Made by a program: the position numbers and the translations under genes. DNA of 64,000 nucleotides from Tubiluchus corallicola (taxonomy: Eukaryota > Animalia > Priapulida), in the NCBI GenBank assembly GCA_030141605.1, contig JAQGDQ010000004.1, forward strand, positions 620,001 to 684,000, given 5' to 3'. Positions 1-11,306 of this stretch are shown in pieces. Under the pieces are notes generated by a model, which was given only the letters and a program-made list of their open reading frames with translations, was not told the DNA's origin and searched no databases. How positions within the stretch are numbered: position 1 is the stretch's first letter; the number at the start of each line of letters is the position of its first letter.

Positions 1-58
1 CTGTTTCTGTGATGTCATTGTACATCTCCTGCATTACTTCTTTTAACACCTTTGAAAT
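1..58 (-). CDS. ZMYND8: ZMYND8 coding exon (coiled-coil region before the MYND finger), truncated by window edge
   Basis: Acceptor ctcatttttcag at 59-70. Phase 0 translation ISKVLKEVMQEMYNDITET resembles vertebrate ZMYND8 'MMDAIKGTMTEIYNDLSK'. Confidence 0.85.
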   Translation of the reverse strand, partial: MSKVLKEVMQEMYNDITET

Positions 59-514
59 CTGAAAAATGAGAATATTTCTTCAAATTCTAACCAGTTATTA
101 GAAACATAAAAAGTTGCACAAGCATGCAATGTCAAGTTTGGAAACCATTTAATAATAAATTGTGCTGAAAGTTGATAGAAATATTTAAAAAATGTACACA
201 AAATAGAACCTGAGCAGAAAAATTTGCAATAGTATTTGCTTAACACTAGAAGACAGCTACTGCCACTGGAAAGCAACAGAACATCCTTCTAGTACAGTCA
301 CCTACAAGACCCCCAGAGGTAATGATAAATATGAAGTTCAGCTTTAGTACTGTGTCTTCCAATAAACACATGATAATGCAACTATGATAGTAAAAAAATT
401 CACATTTCTTACATTGAAACAAATAAAACTAAAATTAACGTGTTTTTAGAAAGTCATATTGGAGTACCTTAGAAATACCACTATACTAAGACAAGAACAT
501 TGCACATTACTGAC

Positions 515-663
515 CTTGTCTGCATATTTTTGAGGCACGACATCGGGGCCTGGCTTTGAGGACAGATTCAATGGTGCAGAGTTAGTAGAAAAAGTTGATC
601 CTTTGCTTGATGAGACAATTCCTGGAACACTGACAGTAGTACCTCTGTTTGTGCTAGGATAAA
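515..663 (-). CDS. ZMYND8: ZMYND8 coding exon (low-complexity linker)
   Basis: Acceptor ttgctacag, donor AAG|gtcagt. 149 nt, phase 1->0 fits both neighbours. Encodes VYPSTNRG...APLNLSSKPGPDVVPQKYADK. Confidence 0.8.
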
Positions 664-1422
664 CTGTAGCAAATGGAAACCCCTTCGATAAAGCAATATT
701 TACTATCAATTTGTAACTTATTAAAAAAATGAAACCAGTCATCAGATAATGAATATACCATTATTGCCAAGCAGAAATGTTACATTTTCACAATACACCA
801 ATACCAGTTACTAAACACAATGCTGATAATGGATAACAGCATATTCTGAAATCTTGCTGCTTATAATAAATCTGTCAATTGTTTACCTGTTTTTTGCTCT
901 GATCAACATTGTCTTTAGCAGTTAGTACATTTATATTAATTATTCGAACATTAATTATTCTTAATCTGCTCACAAAAACTCTCTTGCTAAACATCTTGAA
1001 TTTTGCTAATTCTCTCGTGTTTTTTAATTTGTTTTTTTTATTAGAAAAAGATGACAAACATATTTAGAAAAATATGACTAACTGTGGTTTGCTGCACAAT
1101 AAATACCGCTTATGTTACTATCCAGCATCACATGTTTAAGAAGAATACCATAATTTATGTCCACATGAATGTTAACTGTGTCAGTCAAAAGTCATGCAGA
1201 CAAAAAAAGATGCAACCCAAATTATTGTAATTTCTCTTCATAGATGAGCATCTTAACACCGGAAAATCTTGACCTCTGCAGTAACAATACAAGCAGAATA
1301 ATACGCAATGACCAGTTACTGTCAATAATGAACAAGTGCCAACAATTGCTTACATGCTAGCACAAAACAAAAGCTTCGCTACAGCCTTTATTATTTAAAG
1401 GCAAATGAAGCATATAACATAC

Positions 1423-1621
1423 CATATCTAAGAGTATGCGGAGGAATGCGTGAAGGCGCTGAAACACCAGGCTGTATGTGCACTACATTTGAGGTCGGTG
1501 ACTTGTATGTAATCGATCCGCCGGATGGCTGAACTATTGCAACAGATGGCTGCAAAGGAGAAGACATTTTTGTTGCATTGTCTCCCACCAGCATCACACT
1601 GGTGTTGTCAATCACAGACAC
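1423..1621 (-). CDS. ZMYND8: ZMYND8 coding exon (Ser/Pro/Val-rich linker)
   Basis: Acceptor ttattttcag, donor ATG|gtatgt. 199 nt, phase 0->1. Encodes VSVIDNTSVML...IPPHTLRY. Confidence 0.8.
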
Positions 1622-3418
1622 CTGAAAATAACAGCCACTATAATTATAAATTTCAATGCACATAAAGCATGTATTATTCCATGTCATTAAATAGCTGCAT
1701 TTGCAAACTTTGCAGTTCATGACTTTGTAACAATTATGTACATTGGTATTCTACGATGGTCATATTTGCTTTATACATGTTGTACGAGCAAGTCTGTAAG
1801 TTTTAATCAAAAAAATGAATAAAGAAATATAAAATGAATAAAGAAATATATTGACATGTCAAAATAAAATATGGAAAATATTAAAACTTCACTAACACTT
1901 GTAGGCCTAACGATTAAAGTGGTATCAAACTGTGCAAACACTCACTGCACCAATAATTAGCAAAACAGCAACACAGTTGCAAGTTATAAAAACTTGAAGA
2001 AATACTGGTGTCATGTGCAGTCACTTCTGAACCAGTCACAATAATAAATAACTATTACACATACAGATGCAAAAAAACTGAAAGCTCCTGGTTAAGAAAA
2101 AATTGGCACAACTTAGAAGTTTATTACTGGTCTTGCGTAAATTTATATATCCTTTTCTGTTTATGGTCATAATGTCAAATCACCGGCTTTAATATTAAAG
2201 TTAAAAATTATAATGCATGTACGAACAAGAGAAGATTCTTCCACATTACTAAATTGAACATTTGTCTGCTCTACTTTTGATATCAAGTTGCCGAAAGAAT
2301 CTGGCTTCATTCCACTCACATTTTCTACTGTACCAACTACTTTCATTAGAATCACTATAGCAACATGGCTTCAATTATCAGGATTCTTATGCATTACCGT
2401 AATAAATGTAAAAAAGACATTGATGGTAATACAGAAAAAAAGCTTCATTATTGTATAAGATGTATGACTATCATTTTTTGCATTTTGCAGAGGCTAACAA
2501 CACTATGTCAGCAAATAAGTGTTTTAAGACTCCCAGCTTTATGCAGAAAATAAAATTAGCAAATATGTAGTTTTTTATTTTACCACAAATTTAATCTAAA
2601 TTAATTACCTGTTTTACTACACAGTGAATTACATAGCACATTTGGTCTGTGTGCATATGCCAAAAAATTTCAAAAGTGACTTTCTAGAATAACGTATTTC
2701 TGCGTAACATGCTGTACGTAAGTTAAAAACCTATTTTTATAACCTGAAGCATTATCAAAGGCACTATGCACATCAATAAAACTAAACAAGAAGTAGTTAG
2801 ATTTTAATAACTACATACTTACTTAGAACTCTCATTGCTTCAAACATTCAAATTTCCTGTTTTTACCAACTTGTTTACAGACTAATTGTCAATAGCTGAT
2901 GCTACTAATATAAATTCAGAAAGGAATAGTTGTTTTTGCTGTAGACAATTCTGTGAAATTAGTTTTCGCCTGTACATGTAGACCCATATTTCAAGGTAAA
3001 AACGTTCCTTGTTTGCAATCTTGCAATTCAGCTCACTATTTCTGAATTCTAATCAGCAGTGCCAATACAACAGAAGCTGTATGCTTATAATCGGAACTAC
3101 ACAGTAAAATACTCTAATGCAGTCATCATCTGCTATAATCATAGTTGCACACAATCACAAGTAATTGCTGAAAATTGAAATAGCATGGCTTGGCAGTTAA
3201 AAATGTTGACGTACTTTTGTGAGACCTGCAACTCCTAATACACCAATGCCAGGTTCTGGGTCAAAGACAAATAGACTAAGAAGGTTCTAACACAACATAA
3301 AATATTACGAAGGCACTTTATAATCCAGCAAAAACTTGAAAAATAAGGTGATTATTACAAACAATTACAGTTCTGAAAGCCTAGATGTAATGCACTTAAC
3401 AAAGTGGATCAATCTCAC

Positions 3419-4737
3419 CTTTTGCCAAGGCCCAGCGGAACTTCCTGCATTTGCCACCTGAGTATTTTCCGAATCACCTTCTTTAAGCAAATTTTCAGAA
3501 GCATTAAGTGAAATCTTCCGCGATGATCTAGTGCTTTTCCTTGCAGTCTTGCCTTTCTTAAGTGTATTTTTTACAGCAATAACCATTGGTTCATCAGCAC
3601 TAGTATCTGGAGTTTTGTTGCCAATTTCAACTGCATTACTTGTAGGTTCAACAGTACTGATGTCATTAGCTATTGTATCTTCAACATTTCTTTTCAACTT
3701 TGTCCGATCCAGTTCAACATCACTAACCACAATTCCATCACTTTTTGACGAATTATTACCTTTTTGTATACTATCTGTTTTACCTAAACAACTTTCTGTA
3801 GACACTGCAGTCATTTCAATTTTGTCTTTCGACTTGTCACATTCGACTTCTCCAGATTCGGGTAAATTCTTAGTTTTGGTTTTATTTGGCAGCAAACTGT
3901 CTGTAGGTGATGTTTCCATTCTTTCACTAATGCTTTCACAATTGATTTTAGATTCACGACTAATATCTGTTGTTACTGGCTCATTTTCAATGATATCCAA
4001 ATCTTTTGTGGATTTGTCACCAGCATCACTTGTGAGCAGCTCACTCATACTAATATCCATATCAGTCTTTTGCTCATTGGCTTCATCAATGTTAGCTTCA
4101 ATTTTGTTTGCACTATCACTCTCGTCAATCTCTGAACTATCATGTTCAAGGTCCATAGAATCCTCATCAATATTAGCAGAGTCACCAAGTCCTAAACTAA
4201 GCTTACACTGCTCAATGGTCTCAGCTAATTTCACGTTCTTTGGTTTCTCAGTCATGGAAGACTTATTATCACTTGTACTTTCCTGCTCAACAGACTGCAC
4301 ATTATCTCCTTTGCACACAGCTGTTGCACTAGTTGCACCAGACACATCATCAGCTTTTTTCACCTGACTATCTTGAATGGGGCTATCAATCTTTTTTGGC
4401 ACATCATCTTGCTTACTAGCAGATGACACTGATCCTACTTTAGAATTGTCATTATCCTTTTGTGCACTTGCTAAAATTCGATGTTTCAGAGTAAGCGAGT
4501 TTTCAGAAGTTACTTGCAGTTTATTGTTCAAGTTGTTATTATTATTACTTGGATGTTGACCTGAGATATTGTTGGTATCAGGTGGTTTACCAATCTTTAT
4601 AGTGAGATTCACACTTCTACTTGTCTTGACCGGTGACTGCTTCTCAATCTTTATTTGTACATTTTCTGGATCAGGAATTCGTGAGCAGACTTGTGCAGGC
4701 AACACTTTACCTGCAGAGGTCACAATGACAGCCTTTC
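3419..4737 (-). CDS. ZMYND8: ZMYND8 large exon, acidic/Ser/Lys-rich disordered region
   Basis: Lies in the 452-aa ORF 3365-4723. Acceptor tttttctag at 4738, donor AAG|gtgaga at 3418. 1319 nt, phase 1->0 consistent with neighbours. Confidence 0.88.
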
Positions 4738-4848
4738 CTAGAAAAAATTAATTTATTTAACACATGTAAAAAACTAACAATGTGTATTTCACATAAATGA
4801 AATATTTTTACTTAAATTTGAACATTTTTTAAAATATTATTTATGTAC

Positions 4849-4993
4849 CCTTTAAAGGTGATAGATGAGGCTCTTTTGTAGAACTTGTTCCATTCATCAC
4901 AGTATTTCGTTCAATTTTAAGAAACATTTGGTTTGGGTCAAATGCTTCCCGAAATCCAGCATACTTAAATGGTCCAACTTTTTCTTCAATACG
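4849..4993 (-). CDS. ZMYND8: ZMYND8 coding exon (end of PWWP region)
   Basis: RIEEKVGPFKYAGFREAFDPNQM resembles vertebrate '[23 protein letters not shown]'. AG/GT boundaries, phase 0->1. Confidence 0.9.
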
Positions 4994-5826
4994 CTAAAGA
5001 CATACAAATAACTTGTAGTTATTGGTCAATAAAGCAAATTTGATAATAGTGCCTGGTAAAAAAACAGTGTTTCTTCCAAGAATGAGAGTAAAAATGCCTT
5101 TCAGGTAAAGTTCCAAAAATAGTGTGAGACAAAAATTGTTGCCAAATGCAGTATGATGGTTGCTGAACATGAAAGCTAGTAGTCCAAGATAACTACCAGA
5201 TACAATGAGTCATACCGTTACAATTTAATTTTCCGTGAATCAGCAGCCAAATTTGTATGTTCATCATATTAGAACAGCTTCATTGTAGAATGCTTATACA
5301 AAAATACAAAAAGCAATACAAAAATTGACTTTGTGATGACATATGACATATTTCTGTTAATTTAAGGCAATATTTTTCAGTAGGTGTTGGGATATGTCAG
5401 ACAGTCGAAAAGTTTATTCAGTTACTAATGAAAGAAAATGGATGTTCTCAGGATGCAGATAAACATCTCACTTAAAATTAACAAGATCAAGGCAACAATA
5501 AAAGGTGCTTTGGCTGATTAAGTATTTTGTTCATAATTTAACTCACTAAAATGAATCAGCAAGCTATTGTGAATTTTTATTTCTTCTGCACATCTAATTA
5601 ATTACTGTATCAGCTGTAAACTTAAAAAAGGTTAGTTTCAGGTAAAAAGCCACCTTCACGTTTTAGGTTGGTATATTCCTAATTTCTGAATAACTTGCTT
5701 AAAACAGGACTACTTCATCATGGTAAAGAATACACCATAGCCAAGAAAATTCTGACAAGGGTTTTCTGAAAGAAGACTAAACATTTTTAAATAGAGTCAA
5801 TAATCTTCTTTAAATGCTACCCTTAC

Positions 5827-6000
5827 CCTTATGTGATGCCTAAGTTCATCCATGCTCCCATCAAATCCCTGCTTTCGTTTCTTTCCCATTGCACACGGAA
5901 TTTCCTTAGACAGTAAAAAACACTGGGACATAGGAACCCAGGCTCTATCATGCTGTCCAAAAAATCGAACATCCGCAAGGCCATTGTTTACTCTCAGTGC
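5827..6000 (-). CDS. ZMYND8: ZMYND8 PWWP domain exon
   Basis: ALRVNNGLADVRFFGQHDRAWVPMSQCFLLSKEIP carries the diagnostic RFFGQHDRAWVP motif. Donor gtaagg. Confidence 0.95.
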
Positions 6001-7969
6001 CTATTAAGTGTAAACAAATGAATGTCATCAGTACATCAATTAAGATATAAATAAGTTTAACAGGAAGTAATTAATGTTAAGTTAATACCTTGAGTACACC
6101 AACCTACAAACAAAAATAGCAAATTGCTTTTTCTATAAAAACACAATCAGATATGAACACATGGGCATAACTTTTAAACAGCAATTCCCAAGAGCTAAAT
6201 GACTTTTAAAATTAAAATGGCTGTCTGTCATGATGCCTATACTTCTCATTAAACTTCTTGCACTTCTTTGATTACTATATTTTAATATCTTTCAACTTGC
6301 CAAAAAGTAGCAGTTCATTTAGAATCAGACTGTCTCACCTAATTATGAAATTCTCGTGCTGCTAATCTTTTTTAAACCTAGTTTTATTTTATTATGGAAT
6401 AATAACATCAATGAATGTCTTTCAAAAACTTGCTACCTTTTTCCAGAAATTTTGCGAATTGTAATATTGGTCCGTGATGCTTGCCTTAAGCAACAAACTA
6501 TGTCCTGCTCCAACAGCTAGAAGGCAAGTGACAGCAATAATCAGAGTCACTACAGCCTGTTTCCCTAGCCATTGATGACAACTAGCAAATCAATACATTG
6601 TGAAGAATGCTACATTTGGGCTACATTTGCCACTGAATGGCAAAACTTATCATTAGAAAAACCAACAAAAATAAAAAAAGTTGCACTGGTTTTTTTTACT
6701 TGGGTAATTGATTTGGCCTGGAAACCATTGACAAATTATCAATGTAAACTTTGTGTATTGAAGTAAATCGTTGTGAAATCACGTCTGCAGTGATCAGGGA
6801 GACTTGTAAAATGCAGGGCAACAGAAAGGAGACACATGTGCAATGTGCCTTCACAGTACTGTAGCAGACTGGTCGACTATGACACGACTGTGAAATGCTT
6901 GTGCAGCAAAGCATGAGTGCAGTTTGGTACAAGTGCTGAAGCAATAAAAAATTATAATTAGTTCGAATATTACAATTATAGAGGTGGAAACTGTTAATAT
7001 TTATGTGGAACGTTCAATATGGCTGAAATAGGGTGGAGGTCAAATAGTCTCTAAAACTGCATGCCAGACCTTGGCAACTTAAGCTTCTTAATGTAGCATT
7101 AGTTTTCTTGTTTTTGTTTTTTAAAATTTATAATCGTCTCTTTGCATTTGGTAATGAAAACACCAAAAAACAAACAAACAAATTTTATCCAATAAAAAGT
7201 AGGACAATAAAGACTACTATTACTGCCTTATAATACGGAAAGACTCAACTTATGCTTAAAGTGCAGAATCGTACAAACTTACTTATTTTAGTTTCTATAA
7301 AGGGTCTAAATTTATCCCATACACAAAAATATCTGTCTCTAGTTTGTTTCTCATGTAGGAATCCTCAGATAAAGAAGCCGGGTTCTTCTGGTCAGCGAGT
7401 TAAACTAGGCATTGGTGCTTAACGAGCTTCCAATTAAGAAATACTCAACATTAGCCTTACTCAGCAGTATCTGCGTGACTCTCTTCATAAAAAAAACAGG
7501 AGCAACAGAACACTTCAAATGTTTATAAGCCACAGCTGACAGTGCAGCTGGTCAATTAAATATTAACACGTGGTAAGCATATACTAATCATGTGAAAAAC
7601 GAAAGGTAACGATAAAAATAAAATAAGTTTATAAAAAACCTTTATAAAGTTATAAATTTCAGTCAGAGCTGGTTTTGAAAAAAAGATGAGGCACAACGTT
7701 GAAAGACCGATGCTTTGACTAAAAACTTACAAGGGGTCTAAGGCAAAGCTGGGGTCACAAGTGCGCATTCTGCATGTGGACAGTTCACAAGGTATATTCT
7801 GCTATGAATAATTTTTCTTACCTTTTAGTATTAGCTGTCTGATAGTCTGATTATTATGACAAAATTGGTCATAAACAGCTATTGACTTACGCAGATTAAA
7901 TTAGAAATACAACTTCGTTTAACAAATTACATAATGTGTAATTTCACAGTTTATGTGGGAAAAACTTAC

Positions 7970-8029
7970 CTTAGCAGGCCAATAAGGAAAACCCTTGAGC
8001 TTAGCCCAAACTAATACATGAGGTGTCCT
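7970..8029 (-). CDS. ZMYND8: ZMYND8 PWWP start exon
   Basis: RTPHVLVWAKLKGFPYWPAK (PWWP motif as PYWP). Acceptor ttcctttttag, donor gtaagt. Confidence 0.95.
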
Positions 8030-8999
8030 CTAAAAAGGAAAAAACTGCATGAATAGAATTTACTACTGTAAACTAATACATGAGGTGGCCTCTAAAAACG
8101 AAAAGAAACTGCATTCTACTACTAGCAATAACTGCTATAAAAGTAAAGCTAATATTACGCTGACTGCAGAGCTAAACCCACTTGGTAATACGCAGGTGTA
8201 CGACAGGTGTGACCTAGTTTCTGTACAGTATGTTGCATAATAGCTTACGAACGATGTTTTATAATACATTAAGTTGATGCTGTAACCGAGAATTTTGTAA
8301 AAACGCAATCTTGTATTCCTACAAACAAACAAATCCTGATATTTTTCAGAGATTATGATACTGTAACAATTCATGCTTCTCTATGTTTTATAGTACCACA
8401 AGAATGATCACATGCTCAATTCAAATGAGCCTGTGTATATTAAAGCTGCTTTTTGAACGCTCTTTTAATAATGTGCGAAGCTTTATTGCTCAAATATAGT
8501 ATACTTTGTATTAAAGTTACAGTATCAAGTAATCCTTTAAATTTCACTTATTTAGTTATACCTTTATTGAGAGTAATTTATCCATAATATGTACACAAAA
8601 TTTAATGACTATCATACAATTAAATGTATAGGAAATAATTGTTACCCATACAAACACATCTTTAACTGAAATTTTATTAAACGTAATCTCGGCGACTCGG
8701 GGATGTATATGTGTAAGCTTAAAATCGTAAACGTAATGTACAAACTATGCGGTAATTTGCAAATAATTAGTTTAAAAAATTTATACGGTAAACAATAACA
8801 TTACAATACAGTGCATCTACAGTAGGTTGCAACAGTCTGATGGCATGACTAATCCAGCAAATGGATCACTTGCTCAAGTAGGCATGGTAAAGTACAACTA
8901 TGTTAACAGCTTACACAAAAGTCCATTGTGAGGTATTTAATTATAGCTGAACAAGAAAGATCTTCAATATGAACAAGCAAGAAGAAATTTTACACTTAC

Positions 9000-9077
9000 A
9001 CATGGCTCACAAAACCAGTTTTCTTTCTTTGTACATGAATTGAGGTAGCAGTCAGGACAAACATCTATTTCATTCAT
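9000..9077 (-). CDS. ZMYND8: ZMYND8 exon, Zn-binding linker between bromodomain and PWWP
   Basis: [26 protein letters not shown]. Canonical splice sites, phase 0-0. Confidence 0.95.
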
Positions 9078-9945
9078 CTAAACAAAAAATTGCAAATAGC
9101 AGGATGTTAACGCACTAGTTAAATCACCAGCCTTTAGCAAGTTACTCTCTATTCAAAGTAAGCGAATTATCCACAGTAATACTTTTGAATGAAATCAGTA
9201 AATTTCCATGTAGTGACCCAGTAATAAGTTTTTGAGGCTGATAAAACATCAGACAAATAACAGAAGCAAAAAGTAGTTAATTAGTAGCATGTGCTTTTTA
9301 TACAATTTGTCACTCTGCAAGCCACGATCCCGGCAGTCAACATCACTGTTACTAAACGTAGATGCAGGATCCAGAACAAATCATCTAAAGTGAAGATAGC
9401 GAACTCACAGAGGTGTTAGCAGGAAAGGGGTGCCAATATGGTAGACACTGTGACTAAATAGGTATGCAGAAGCATTTCTCCATACGACCACCCATCTTAG
9501 CTTTGATCACCAAGCACAGATAGTGGACACTCAACTAGTCTATTGTCATTACATGGTTGTGAAAATTTGATTTTTTTAAGAGATAAAATTAGTAAAAAGA
9601 CACTACAATACTGAAATAAATGCACGACAATCAATTGAAAGATTTATCACAGACCAATTAAGGTAACACTTGCTATAACACAATGCAAATCACACTTTTT
9701 AAGCCTCCACTTGATTCTCAATAAAAGCACACATTTTGTGCAATGATTGGGAAACACACTTAAAATACTGTTCCATATACTATTACAAAGAGGACTTTAT
9801 GCTTATTGTCTTCAAGTAGGCTAGAGGGAGCAGTGTAAAATATATAAGTACTTGTTCCTGTGGAAAAAAGCTGTTGCTAGCTATATTCTGGCAAATAAGC
9901 TAGAGAGGTGCCTTCAACAAGTTTATTTATTAAAGACAACTCTAC

Positions 9946-10001
9946 CTCATGTTTGCATATCCTCAACAATTGTCTTGCTGCGGTAGTTAACTTGTGATGT
10001 G
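9946..10001 (-). CDS. ZMYND8: ZMYND8 bromodomain helix C exon
   Basis: (P)HHKLTTAARQLLRICKHE resembles 'NHKLTQIAKVVIKICEHE'. Phase 1->0. Confidence 0.93.
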
Positions 10002-10950
10002 CTGAAATGAGAAAAAAATCAACAAAATAAAAAATTAATCAATTTTTATAAACAAACAATTATACAAATACACAAGTTCATTTTCAAGCATTTTTACTGG
10101 TGTACAGCACACAATCACAAAAAGTAAATCACACATGTTTTTAACATGCAAGCGCTAAGCAGCATATGGTCCCATCTCAATTTTCAGCAAACAGTGGCAC
10201 CATTACATAAACCTCATATAAAGCATTCGTGTAAGTGCTAAACACTCATGTTCTACGAATGTAGTGAAAAAAGGAAGACAACATATAGAATTTTAGTTCT
10301 TTTTAGTAATCTTAATTAATGTGGCTTGTTTGTTGGTAATTTTAATTGAATAATTTATATACCATAATCAGTTGCAAAACTACGAATCTATAACAAAATA
10401 AGTGCAATAAATTTCTACAACCAAACTTAATGAAAGAAGAGCAATATTAAAATGATGGAAGTGATCAAAGGCTTTCTTGATTACAAGTCTAATGTTTAAC
10501 CACTGGATCAAATAGCTCCTTGGTATGACAATCATTTCTGAATGAAATTTTCACTTTGAAACCAGCACAAAAACAACCCAAATAAAATTTACAAGTTACA
10601 TTGAGGAGATGAAATGTCAAATAAAGAATATGCTAGCAAAAAAGTTTGGGAGATAGACAGAAAATCTTTAAATAGAATTATATATTGTACAAAATACATG
10701 CTAACTACAAAATTTGTAACATGTAATAAGAAATAAAACTTGCCATCAAGATACTCAATTAACATTTAATTGACATTTAACACAAAACATTTGCACTAAG
10801 TTCAGGCTACTGATCTCAAGAAATTTGTTTTTTATCAGAAAGAATGAAACATTTGTAGGTGGACGCTTGAGAATAAAATAGGGATGGTTAGATGCAGATC
10901 ATGCAAAAGTGACCATTATTTTATCTATATTAACGTATAATCTGTTACCA

Positions 10951-11086
10951 AGATTTATTGGCATAAGGCCAAAAGAAGTTTACAATTGTCTTAAATGCTA
11001 GTCACAATGTAAATTTATTTAACATAAATTTGTGACTAGCATTCAAGACTGTTCTCGTCTTGCTTTGGCCTCATGCCAATAAATCT
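10951..11086. repeat. Near-perfect inverted repeat (about 136 bp hairpin) in ZMYND8 intron
   Basis: AGATTTATTGGCATAAGGCCAAA...GTCTTAAATGCTAGTCACAA is complementary to TTGTGACTAGCATTCAAGAC...TTTGGCCTCATGCCAATAAATCT. Confidence 0.9.
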
Positions 11087-11218
11087 GTGTTAAACTTGTT
11101 AGACAAAATAAACAGAATTTGGGTGCAGTGACACCAGTCTCAAGGTTGCTAAATAATGTATATAATCAAATGCCCAGCTGTATGAGAAGTGGTTGCCATA
11201 GCAACAGCGAATACTTAC

Positions 11219-11306
11219 GGCCATTGAATATGATACAGTTGTGCAGAATCCATTTAGCATCGCTATGAAATGCTTCAGGAGACCCATACATCTTCTTCCG
11301 AATATT
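11219..11306 (-). CDS. ZMYND8: ZMYND8 bromodomain exon (helices A/B, conserved Asn)
   Basis: [29 protein letters not shown]. Acceptor tatccttag, donor gtaagt. Confidence 0.95.

Noticed and set aside
2223-2354. Coding-looking minus-strand ORF (VILMKVVGTVENVSG...) as an extra ZMYND8 exon
   Set aside because: The best AG/GT boundaries give phase 1-1, but the surrounding intron is phase 0. It cannot be placed without RNA data.
3531-4367. 278-aa plus-strand Leu/Ser-rich ORF
   Set aside because: Antisense shadow of the D/E/K-rich ZMYND8 exon; no independent motif or splice context.
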